Shown one piece after another: positions 50,429 through 62,053 of a stretch of 64,000 bases of DNA. A program made the translations under genes and the position numbers. The stretch is from positions 1,292,570-1,356,569 of the forward strand of contig CAJFCJ010000019.1 in NCBI GenBank assembly GCA_904063045.1. The letters are read 5' to 3'. The notes below the pieces were generated by a model. That model did no database searches, was not told the DNA's origin, and saw only the letters and a program-made list of their open reading frames with translations. Each line of letters starts with the position of its first letter. Positions within the stretch are counted from its first letter, which is position 1. The DNA comes from Dimorphilus gyrociliatus (taxonomy: Eukaryota; Animalia; Annelida).

Positions 50429-53400
50429 CTACACGTAATCAGAAGGTATTCGCTCAAATCTGTCTCTTTTAACTGAATAAACCCTCTCGAACCATTTTTT
50501 GACCTCAGAGACAATAAAAACCGATGACGTTAGGGTTATCAAAAAGATAAAGTCAGTTATATATAGTGCCTCAGTTTGAAATGTACGTTGTAGAGGGGGA
50601 AAGTAGACGACCAATAGCTGTCCCAACAAACTACCACCGACTGCCAATAAAAAAGTTCGATTCGTCGTAAATCCCAGCTGCAAAATAGATTTTTTCTGAG
50701 ACCTACAAGATAGAGCATTAAACATATCGAATAGAACAAAGCAAGTAAAAGTCATTGTAGTGTCGCGTGGAGTAATTTTATTATCTGCCATTTCTCGCCA
50801 AAACACCCAGAGAGTTCCACTAACAATAATAGTCGCAGAGAGTAGAACATTTGTCATTAAGGGTCTAGTTATAATTGATTCTGTGGCTTTGCGCGGTGGT
50901 TGCTTGATTGTATCATCATCCACCGGCTCAACACCCAAAGACTGGGCGGGGGGGCCATCCATAATAATGTTTATCCATAAAATTTGCATGGCGTTTAGAG
51001 GATTTGGCAAATTTGCAAAAGTCGAAATGGTAATTAATGTTAAAGCTGCAATACTAGTTGACAATTGAAATCTAACAAAATTTCTTATATTATGAAATAT
51101 GGCTTTTCCTTCTTCCATGGCTGCTTCCATTGTTCTTAAATTATCATCAACTAAAATCACGTCAGCTGCTTCCTTGGAAACATCTGTCCCACTCCTGCCC
51201 ATTGCTATCCCAATATCAGCACTTTTCAGAGCAACAGCATCATTTACTCCATCCCCAGTCATACCGACAATTTGGCCAGTTGATTGTAGTGCCTTAATGA
51301 TAACATGTTTATGTCTTGGACTAACTCGATATAATACAGTAGATTCAATTAGCGAAGCTGTAAGTGCCTCAAAACTTAAGGAGTCAACTTCCTCCCCAGA
51401 TAGCGTTCTCCTTGACTTTAGACCTAGACGATTAGCAATTGAAACAGCAGTTTCTTCACTGTCGCCTGTGAGCATCTTTATCTCAACACCAGTTTCTTGT
51501 AATATTGTGATAGCTTCTTTAACTCCCTCTCTGGGAGGATCAATCATTCCAATTAAGCCAACAAAAGCTAAATCACTCATTGAAGATCCGTAGGCAGTTG
51601 CTAAAACTCTCAAGCCACTCCTTCCCATATTTTTAGCCTGAGACACAAACAAATTGTACTGTTGATTTGTTAATGGCCTAAGAACTCCTCGTTCATTAAA
51701 TTTAGTACAATGTTGCAGTATTCTCTCAACAGCTCCTTTCACAAAATAAGTCTGAGCATCTTCATTACCACGAACAGCGGCTTTTACAGTCATCATCTTA
51801 GTATCCGAATTAAAGGGCCATTCTTGAAGGCGAATATATTGATTTCGAATGGAATACATATCCATTTTAACTGCTGCTGCCAGAATAGCTCCCTCAGTTG
51901 GCTGACCATGAAGTTCACCATCAACAATTTGAGCATTATTGCAAATGACACCAATTTCAACAATTTTAACAAGTGAAGGATGATTTTCTGGGTTGACCGT
52001 TTCACCACGACATACAACTTGTCCCGTTCCACTATAACCTAATCCGGTTGCCTGTAAAGAAATTTTAATATTATCATCTCCGAATTATTAATAATTAGAA
52101 ATTATAATGTATCATAAATACGAATAGAATTTTTTTTTAAATAGAGAATCAGCATACTTAAAGATATAAATGATGAAAAAAAGATTACAAGATTAGCAGA
52201 TATTTCTGTTAAATTATCAGAATCATTTATTTAAAATCTTAAATATCCGGCATGTTGTCATATTTAAGTCTTTTTTTGTCAATATTGGGAGAAAATTATC
52301 AGATTTTGCATCAACAAAAGACAAAGAAATCGAATTGAAATTTGGAACCATATTTATATGCAATAAATATATACACAATATATATGTATATACATGTATA
52401 TATGTATATATATAATATCGTATACATCATAATAATGCATATGTGCTTTTGAAAATAACGACTCCACATACCACATGGTATACTGTATAAAATCAAGCGT
52501 GAATGAAACAACATTAACTTGCTTACCGATATATCTTTAAGCTAATGTAAAAGGTAGAAAATAGTCAAAATTGTTATATGGAAATACTTAAGTAGGATAT
52601 TTGTAATTCTTTTTTAATAGTTATTTTTGAAAATAGAATTAATTTTTATCAAGTACACATTGGTATACTCCGAGTACTACTATTTATAGATTAAATTTTT
52701 AATGACACTGAGAGCAAATGAACTTAAAGAGTCGATAATAGTTTTGAGTTTATGAACAATTCTCTATGAAATCTTTTAGAAATAAAATAACAGCGGAATA
52801 ATATCAATAAATTATTGATTTTTAAAGAAAAAAATTCCTTACCTCGGCTTCATCTCCATCTGAACTCACTATTCTTGTAACAGTCATTTCATTCTTTGTT
52901 AACGTTCCTGTTTTATCGGAACAAATCACATTAACACAGCCGAGCGTCTCTACAATCGGCAATTTTTTTACTATAGCTTTCTTTTTCGCCATTCTCATCA
53001 CACCAATGGCCAATGTCACAGTTACAACAATCGGAAGACCTTCTGGAATTGCAGCAACCGCCAAAGAAACTCCTATATTAAACATCTTTAGCAATTTACG
53101 TCCCTGAATCCAACCAGTTACCATAATTAGTCCAATTACTATAAAAGAATAAGCCGACAGCTGTTTCCCCAAAAGACTCATAGATTTTTGTAATGGCGTT
53201 TTCGGCGGTTCTTCTGCCTTCATAATTCGAAATATTTCCCCAAATTCGGAATTATCACCCGTACCAATGACTACCCCTTTTCCATTCCCACATCTTACTA
53301 ATGTACCCATGAAAGCTATATTCTGCATATCAGTTACATTAAATGCTTTTTCCCCTCGCAGAGATTCTGTTAATTTTCTGGCCGGTTCAGTTTCCCCAGT

Positions 53401-53934
53401 GAAAGAGGATTCGTCAATAGCCAGATCGAAAGCCTCGAATATTCTTATATCAGCAGGAACTCGATCACCAGTAGATAAGGATACAATATCACCAGGTACA
53501 AGCTCTCGAGCAAGGAATGTTTCATATTTTCCATTCCTGAGACAGTGGCATTTTGGAGGCACAAGTTTAGTTAGAGCCTCCAAGGACTTTTCAGAGCGAT
53601 ACTCTTGAACAAAAGCAACAGTAACGACAATAATAATTGCAACAGTAATACTAATTGCATCATCAAATTGCCTCATAAACAAACTAACGATAGCTGAACC
53701 TAAAAGCAACATTATTAGAGGATCTTTAAATTGACTTAAGTATTTTTTCCATAGTGGTTCATCTTCATTGATTTCGAAGTCATTTAGTCCATGGATTCGC
53801 TGCCGAACAGCAGCATCGTTATGACTCAAACCATGTTGAATATCTGATCTCATTAAGTGTAAGACATCATCACTGGTCATATGACAAGCTTCATCAGCTT
53901 TCAGGCAATTGATCATTTTTTCTTGATCGGCCAT
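50429..53934 (-). CDS. ATP2C1: Secretory-pathway Ca2+/Mn2+-ATPase (SPCA); exons 53934-52843, 52051-50429
   Basis: [61 protein letters not shown] 791-nt intron joins the halves in frame. First ATG follows a catcag, so an upstream exon is possible. Confidence 0.95.
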
Positions 53935-54382
53935 CTGATGATACGACAAAACTAGCTCCAATTATCGCTCATTTGCTCCTATTTTTCACTTGTGTTGATA
54001 AAAAAAACTGTTTTCTGTCAAATATGAAAAGCAAGTAAGCTAAGTTCTTCTGTATTTGTAGAAAAATGAATAATCCAAGATTCGTTATAATCAGAGTCGA
54101 CCAGACTGTATTCTTTCAAAGTCTATTAGGACGTTGACAAATAATGTGGCATAGGCATAAAGATGGCAGCACAGACGTGTCGGAAGCTGATTGGTTGACT
54201 ACTAGCTAGTCAAAAAGAACCTGAATAATAAGAAATATTGATATTCTAAACACGAAAGCGAGAAAATAGCATGTTCTATTTTATACATAAAAAGAAATTG
54301 AACCAATTCAAATACATGTTATGTTATTTCATGGCTTATGTTTGTTAAAAATAGCACGAAAATGTCAATTTCTTGTATGTTT

Positions 54383-54796
54383 TTAAAGTTCTTCTTTGCA
54401 ATATCTCTTTCGAATATCGGCGATGTTAATACCTTGTTTTTCCAGAGTAAGAAGCTGTGATTTTAAGGCGTCATTTTCCTGCTGTAATTCAAATATGCTC
54501 CATCGTAGGGAGCGTAAAATAGATCTCTTTTCACTTATTTGAGTGCATTTGACTCGACATCGTCCACGAAGAAGACATAGTCTACTTCCTAAGTCACTTA
54601 GTTCCTCCTTTTGTCCCTTGCTCTTTAGGTCCATTGATTGATATCCTCTTTTCATATCTTCCAAATCTCTACGTAATGTAGTTGTCTCTTCCGTCATCTG
54701 TAACTTGAGAGTGTTAAAAATAGGTTTACAAGTTGTTTCATCCAAAAGTTGGGGAAGTGGGGTCTGATACCGAGAAGGAGGAACGCTGCTGGTCAT
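54383..54796 (-). CDS. Orphan 137-aa predicted coiled-coil protein, single exon
   Basis: ATG-initiated 414-nt ORF with heptad pattern and coding-like GC level, upstream CRE; no family recognised. Confidence 0.55.
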   Translation of the reverse strand: MTSSVPPSRYQTPLPQLLDETTCKPIFNTLKLQMTEETTTLRRDLEDMKRGYQSMDLKSKGQKEELSDLGSRLCLLRGRCRVKCTQISEKRSILRSLRWSIFELQQENDALKSQLLTLEKQGINIADIRKRYCKEEL

Positions 54797-54860
54797 TTTA
54801 TATTATAAATGACTAGATTAGTCAGAAATTTTGTTTTTAATATTTCAAAAGGGTTTTTAG

Positions 54861-54868
54861 TGACGTCA
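54861..54868. promoter_or_regulatory. Perfect CRE palindrome TGACGTCA, 65 bp upstream of the 137-aa ORF
   Basis: Sequence seen in the 150-nt gap after the NAGLU stop. Confidence 0.5.
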
Positions 54869-54946
54869 TTAGAAAAGGAACTTATCATTTGTTAATTTTT
54901 TTTAATTGCACTGTATTGTATTAAATATTAAAACTAATGTTAAAAA

Positions 54947-57900
54947 CTATAAGTTCTTATGTGATATATAAACGTCATTACTAAAGTCCGATGCCTTCTG
55001 TAGCATTTCTTTAAATCCGACATATTTCCTTGGATTAAGCTTGTCAACAACGGGTACAGGATTAGTTGTCGGGCGATATAAACTATGCAAGTTTTTCACA
55101 ATAGCATAAGCATTACCCGTAACGGTCTCTGGATAGACGGATGTTGATTTTGTAAAAGGTTCTTCCACTTCCTTGAAAACTTGAGAATTGAATAGATTCT
55201 GATCGAATGCTTTACTCTAATATTAAATCGATTTTTATTATATAAACATAAGATTTTAGCTATGAATATACCAACTTGCTCAAGAGATTGCATTAATTGA
55301 TAAACGAATAGTTGCCATCTTGGTAGGTAGTAGCTGGAGAGTTAAAAATAAAATACGCATGGAGTTTGCTATTTAGATTAACAAACTTAAAAATAATTCT
55401 ACATACTCTTTGATTAAACCGGCCCATTGTTTACTAGCGTAATCGAGAATCTAAAGAGATGAAATGTTCCCTTGTTTATAAATTGGATACTGCATTATTC
55501 AAAAAACTCAACCTCTCCTTTAGGTCCCCAAAGAGTTATTTGATTTCTTGCATTATATTCGAACAATTTTCGGTCAAAATCATTTGTTGCGGCTCTTTTA
55601 GCGGAGGCTAACCATTTACCCAGTAAGAAGTGACTATCTGAAGCTAAGAGCTGGTCCATGTTCATTAATAGCGAAACCAAACAATTTCCATAAGTTCTAC
55701 AGAATAATTTTTATCTATTAAATCTATTCTTCAGCAGAAAATATGTAACAAACCTAGTCTTTTCTTTATCTTTAGAATTGAAAGCTTTAATTAATTTTGT
55801 GTATGAATCTAAAGCTATCAACTGAAGAGATTGCCGTGTTACGTCCACCAGATCGTAACTGTTGATCAATAATTATATCATATGTAAGTTACTGCATTTG
55901 AGAATAGGTATTTACCGAAATAAGTTGTTATTTTCATAATTTGAGGATTCTTGTACAAACAAATCCCATGCTTGATAAACATCTTCTGGTTTATACCATA
56001 ACTATGAACATATATATCAATAAATACAAATTACTTATTAATGTGTAAATTCAAAGGCATATCTATGAGAGTACAAAGAAATTATAAAAAGCAAGCATTA
56101 AACTCTTTGTGTAATAAAATTATAATTAATTTAAGATTATTGAGAAACTTTTACACATAATCAGTGTCAAAATTGAAAACCGTTACAATAAGCAAGCTGT
56201 GGCAAATAATTATTCATAAATGATAACGTACAGTTTCAACGATGTCTAAGGATGGCCGACGAATGAAAAAAACATCTAAACCTTTTCCTCCAGTAGCGTT
56301 ATAGATAGATCTCTAATAGATAATTATTAGTAAAGCTTTAGTTGTTTAGTTCAGTTTGAAAGTGTAAAAAAAAAAATAAAGAGGAAATTACTGATTAATT
56401 GCAAACTATCCAAACTATATAAACGTCAATTTTTCAAACATATAAGGAAAGGAAAGAGGATATTAAGACTATTACATGTAAATCTGATCTTTACCCATGC
56501 AAATACTACTTCAGATATTGCCTTACTTTTTCCTTAATATGTTTATTTGGTCGATGAACAACAACAACTTTATTATGATGTTTTTGATTGTCGGAGCAAT
56601 TATAAACTGACCTCTTTAATTGGAATATTTTTTTTGTAAACAGTTAATTAAATAAATTTATTTGATTTTCTTAGCCAACGAACCTTTAAAATTTGCCAGG
56701 CTTTATCAATATTTCTGTTTTCCTTTCCGTATCGTCTGATTGCATAATTTGTAATCCATTTAGTAATATTCCTTGGGGATGTTCTCCAACTATTCTCGTT
56801 CATAAACTCATAGATAACATCATTTTGAAAGATACCTTCTGGCGTTAAGCCAGTTCCTATCATAGTGCTGCCTGGCATTGCCCTTGCGTTATGTGGACCC
56901 TTTTGTTAAAGATTTTTAACGTTATTGCCGAGTATGAAAGAGTTAACGAAAAAGTAAAATTGTACTTTATTGATATTTTCAATGGCACCATACATCGATA
57001 CGGTTCCGCCGAAATCGTGGAGCATGCACCATATATAAGGTTGACCATAATAGGACTTAAGGCGAGAGAATTGAGGAGTAATTTCAGATTGGAGATCAAG
57101 AACAATCATTTTTCCCTGAAATTAAAAACTTAAGTACTTTATTCTATTAAACTATTAATTGTGTTCAAGCACCTGAGGTATCGAAGTTAAGAGTGCTTCC
57201 GCTCGAGTATTGGTCCACCATCCACTAATAAATAACCAACCTTGCATTACCCTGTAGATTTCAATCACATTATTTTATAAATTCAAACAATTAAGAATAA
57301 AATACCATATAGCTTGAGGATCGGCAATGGTCATTGCGTTGAAAACTGCTTTTCCTGCAGATCTCAAATAGGCAGAATCACTGAAAAGAGTTTTATCTAA
57401 TGACAAAAAGACAAATTCTGTTTAAAAGAATACAAACCCAGATCTAGGAGTCATTTCATTAAAGGTGTCTGTATTGTAGACATGGTCAGTTCCAAATTCT
57501 CTAATATACTATAAGAAAAGTAATTATTTCTAAGTAAAATGAATAAAATACTAATCTATAATAGTCAAACCTCGTTTAAAAACATTTGTCCTACTTTAAT
57601 GAATAAAGGATCTTTCGGTTCAAGTAACGATACGCTAGTTTAGAGATTATTTGTTTCAAAATTTTGTATAAAGGTCATATACATAAAGAATATATATTCT
57701 AACCAACAATATTTCGAGTCAAAGCCACCCCAATCCGATAATTTTGAGACGTTAGCATGTGGATAAATCCTATTAAAAGATCACGTGACGTTAAGAACAA
57801 AATTCCCTCAATCTCTTCTTGCTTACTTAACCTTGTAAAAGAATCTGGAACGTGACCGGCGAAGGCGGGTAGAATAGGTATCATACCTAAACTTCTCATT

Positions 57901-58846
57901 CGGTTAAGAATGCGATGTTGAAGGGATACCTGAGTAGCGTGCCACTGTCTAGATAAAGGACCACCCCATCCTTTCATGTTTCCCATTCTGGACCTAAAAC
58001 ATTTCGTTATAGTTTAATTCTATCTTAAATGAATTGAACTGAAAAATACCAAGCTAAAAACGCCGGTCCTCCGAAATGCTTATCGATTTCGTCTTGTGTT
58101 AGACCCATTTTTAAATAAACCTAAAATTCAATAATATTTCTCAGAGATTTAACAAATGAAAGCATATTAACGATATTAACCCTATTCCATATTTCCTCTT
58201 GGCCATTGAAAGCCAGCGGAAAGTTAATTCCGTTTAGTGACATCCAGTCGATTTCTCTTTCCCATCTTTTCCAATCATACCAAACGAAAGAGTAGCTAAC
58301 TGTACATACGTTTTGATAATAACGAAATCGATCAGCTGATGTAACTTTCACAGCTTTTGTAATAGCAGGTAAAGGGTTGGGAACATTTAATTGATCTCCT
58401 CCCCAAGACATATGACAACTGCAATTTTGCTTTAAAAAAAAATGAAATCCCCATGTAGCTGCTACTCCACTAGTCCCTTTTATTTGTAATTTGCCGTTCA
58501 CTGTTTCATACTATTGACATAAATTATTATCTATCCTAAGGGACGAAAAGTATATGTTACCTGGAAGGAGTCCTTATCTAATTCTCCTATTGACTTATCT
58601 ATTATAACTTCAAATTCATTAGCCCTTTCGGGTAGAAGACGTTCAATCAAGTCATAAGCTGCTTTTGCTTGAATTTCTTCTGTTGCCTTGGACCTGATAT
58701 GATTCAGTGCAGGAAAATCTAACAACAATAACTCAATACAGTGGCATTATCAGGTTATAACTTCGCAACAAACCTTGCAAACTAAAAGAAAAGTTACTTA
58801 AAATTAAAGTTAAAAATAGTACTAGAAACATAATGCTACATTTCAT
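54947..58846 (-). CDS. NAGLU: Alpha-N-acetylglucosaminidase (GH89), about 19 exons
   Basis: Signal peptide MKCSIMFLVLFL; RYYQNVCTVSYS; WEREIDWMSLNGINFPLAF; GPAFLAW; DTFNEM and TPEGIFQN (both catalytic Glu positions); YNARNQITLWGP; ILDYASKQWAGL. Confidence 0.96.
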
Positions 58847-58880
58847 GTCTAAAAGTGTATTTTAACTAAAGAGGCGTAAT

Positions 58881-58924
58881 TCATGTGGTACCACGTGATC
58901 CTCACATGATCAGATATCATGTGA
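58881..58924. promoter_or_regulatory. Cluster of four E/M-boxes upstream of NAGLU
   Basis: TCATGTG 58881, CACGTGA 58892, TCACATGA 58902, TCATGTGA 58917; 35-78 bp upstream of the NAGLU ATG. Confidence 0.7.
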
Positions 58925-58941
58925 TATAACACTGATAAGGG

Positions 58942-61297
58942 TCATATATTTTTGAACAGAGTAGTTTTCGAACTTGTGATATAATAAGATAAAGTTTCTA
59001 TATCAGAAGAAACATTTTTAACATGATCAAACGGTTCTCGAAGAGAAACATATAAGACAGAGTGAGTAAGCGAATCCTCACAAGAAGCCTTCCAAACAAC
59101 TGGTTTACAATTTAACTGTAGCCCACTCAGGGACATACCCAATCTAAAGGCTCTAGTTGGATCAAACTTTTCTTTTTCATATTGTTTAAGTAATTTGCTA
59201 AAAGTATCAAAAAGAAATAATTAATTATCGTAACTATATTTGTAAAATTTATCCATCCTACTTGGTGACAGTTGAGAGAACGTCTGGAGAAGCTTCCAGC
59301 CATTGTTCAAAAAGAATGACAATTTGAAGAGTTGCGTGTAGCTTAAACAGCCTTTCAATTCGGTTTTCATAGCTTCCACTTTTCTTGACAAAAGGTTCCA
59401 AATAGATATCCGCCGTTAAGTGTTTACCTATTTAAATTAAAATAAATATATTAATTTGTTTATCAAACATTAACAATATATTTTTTAAATACCGATTAGA
59501 ATAACTATATAATCTCGATTTAGTTTTTCTAGACCAATCTCTATAAGCATCCTAATGAGATCAAAGTTATGTTGGGTTTCAGCATATGAAAAGTTATTTT
59601 CATAAGAATCTCTGATCATTTGTGCTAATCTTGACGAATTTCTCTTCCAAACCTAAATACATTATTATATATATATAAAATCAGCTAAGAAAATGTTACA
59701 ATTTTATAATGGATATAAAAAACAAACGTGAGGTTGAATTCTTTCTCTTTCCAAAGCATCAAAAATCCTTGAAAAGGATTGTTTAAGATCATTCATACAC
59801 GTGCAATCTGAAAGATTATAGGCATAGTATAAGCAAAAGATTTTAACAGTAGTGTTGAAAGTATTGTAGATAACCTTTCAGAATAAGCCATAATTCATCG
59901 CAAATATCCAAATCCTGCCTGTCATCAATAACAAACAAATTATCAGCATCTGCTTTATTGTTTCTAGATTCTCTTTCTATTCGAATGGGAACTTTATCTT
60001 TTGAATAGCGTTTTAGGAGGTCTTCCAGCCGTTCGGTGATGGTTAAGTCCGATACGGAATTTGTGTTCCATTTAATTAACTTAGTTTTCAAACCGTTGAC
60101 AAGATCCTATAATGATAGATTATTTATATGAGTACAAATAAAAATAGCACTAATTAAACCTTCAATATTTCAATTTCCTTATATAGTTTATAAAGACGAC
60201 TGGCTGGTTTATTGATGACAGGTTTTACTTCCTATAGAAATACATAATCAGTTGTTGACTCTTTAAGTTTAACCATAGAATCTTTTTGATACTTACCACA
60301 ATAACTTTAGCATTCTTAGGACACGATAAAACTGGAACAAGACCAACCCAAGAAGCTTCAACAGTGAGCATACTCTCAGCACATTCACCATCTAATATAT
60401 CGAAAGATGCCCAACAAGAAAATTTTTTACCCTGGCATGTTAGAATGAGGTTAATGTACTTTATTCGTACTTTGCCATTTAAACTACCTTAAAGCTGTTC
60501 CAGAATTTAGAAATAAGATGGCAATTGGTAACTTCGCTGACAGGGAGAGGTCCTACATAGTGTTGTAAAAATTCAAGTTCTAGTATATTGTTAAATGATA
60601 ACACACAAACCTGTTACGGAGACTCTTACTGATCGCTTCTCTTGTAGCTCATTACATTTCAAAGCCAATAGGGAACGATGCTGACTATCACTTTGCGGAT
60701 CGACAGCCACACAAAAATAACAATTTTCTTTGATATCAGCCATAGCAAAGAGAGAGATAAGTCTCCTAGAAAGATTATTTTCAAATGGTATAAATAATAA
60801 CAATGTGTGATTGATCATACCTTGCCTCTCCATGAGATATTGGCTCATATTTGAAATCGAGAATTTTTTTGCAGTCGTTTGAATTTTCAGCTTTGAATTT
60901 TGCCATACGTAATGGAGAATTATCATCGCCATCATCTTGTATTATGTTAACTTTTACATCGTCAATTTTTTCAGTTTTTTCCTTTCAAGAGCAAGGGGCA
61001 ATTTTAGACCGAAAGCTACATATTGATTAATTTAAAATTTTAAAACTAACCGAGAATACCAATACAAAAATATTATTTTCTTTTTCCTCTTCTGTCAAAA
61101 ATGCTTGCGGGAAAACGTTTTTCACTAATTCAAAACGATATTTCTGAAGGTTATAAAGTACAAAAATAAAGTACCCGAAATTAAAGATCTGGATGAAACT
61201 CAGGCATACTTACTTCATAATGGCAAGTCTCGTCTTTCTCTTTTACTAATTTCCTAAAACAGTCTTTGAAATTCTCAATTGATTCTTCTAAGTCCAT
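58942..61297 (-). CDS. ZWILCH: Zwilch kinetochore protein (RZZ complex), about 11 exons
   Basis: Hand-spliced peptide contains EPISHGEARRLISLF, LYKEIEILKDLVNGLKT...W, DDRQDLDICDELW, DLKQSFSRIFDALERERIQP and MLIEIGLEKLNRDY, matching Zwilch blocks as I recall them. ATG 61297, stop 58942. Confidence 0.85.
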
Positions 61298-61522
61298 ATT
61301 TTTTCAAATCTTCAATTGTAGACAAACGATTAAGGTAAACTAAGCAATACACAGTTTGAATTTTTGAATTTTAGCACAGTCTTTAGCGGTTCAATAAAAA
61401 ATATGCTACTTTCGTTCCAAATGGATAGATATTTCTATAAAAGAACTGAAAGTCAATCAAATTTTGCCTTGTAAATGAATAACAACTTAAGAAGTGAGTA
61501 TTTAAAATTTTAACTATTTAAT

Positions 61523-61534
61523 TGCGCATGCGCA
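61523..61534. promoter_or_regulatory. NRF1/Ewg-type site TGCGCATGCGCA in the ZWILCH/DDX10 divergent promoter region
   Basis: Perfect 12-bp palindrome equal to the NRF1 consensus, in very AT-rich DNA. Confidence 0.65.
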
Positions 61535-62053
61535 TCTCATATACGAAACAACTTTTATCAAAACTTTTAAAAAATGATTTTCTTGAATTAACAGCAAGAA
61601 TATTTCCATATGGAAATATATTGGAAGTATTATTGTCTATTACATTTTAAAGAGTTTTAGTGAATTATTTTTCTAAACATGTTTTTCTAACACGTAATCA
61701 GTTAATAAAAAAATGCTTTTTCATATAAATATATGTTTAAGAAACTACCTTTATAATATTTGTAGAAAACTAGTTCTACAATCTGCCACTATAGTCAGTT
61801 TTCCTTTAAGTTGTTTAATACTTTTTTCAAGTTTTTGATACAAATAACAAGAACCATATTTAATGCTTTAAAATTCTTATATATTTAAACGTTTGGTCTT
61901 TTTAGCATATTTAAAATTGTACATTAAAAAATATCTCTCAATATATTTCTTTTGTTAATAAAATTACAAATAATATTATAGCAAAAGAGGGCGCTGCTGA
62001 AATATTCTACAAATATTCTTTCATTGTTTTCATTTAATATCGCTCAAGAAGGC

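Noticed and set aside
54383-54400. C-terminal KEEL of the 137-aa ORF as an ER-retrieval signal
   Set aside because: No signal peptide, so the protein would not enter the ER lumen.
58847-58941. 30-codon stop-free frame after the ZWILCH TGA ending TAG-ac-ATG (read-through or reinitiation into NAGLU)
   Set aside because: This length is plausible by chance, the internal ATGs are parts of the CACATG boxes, and the frame is not in frame with NAGLU.
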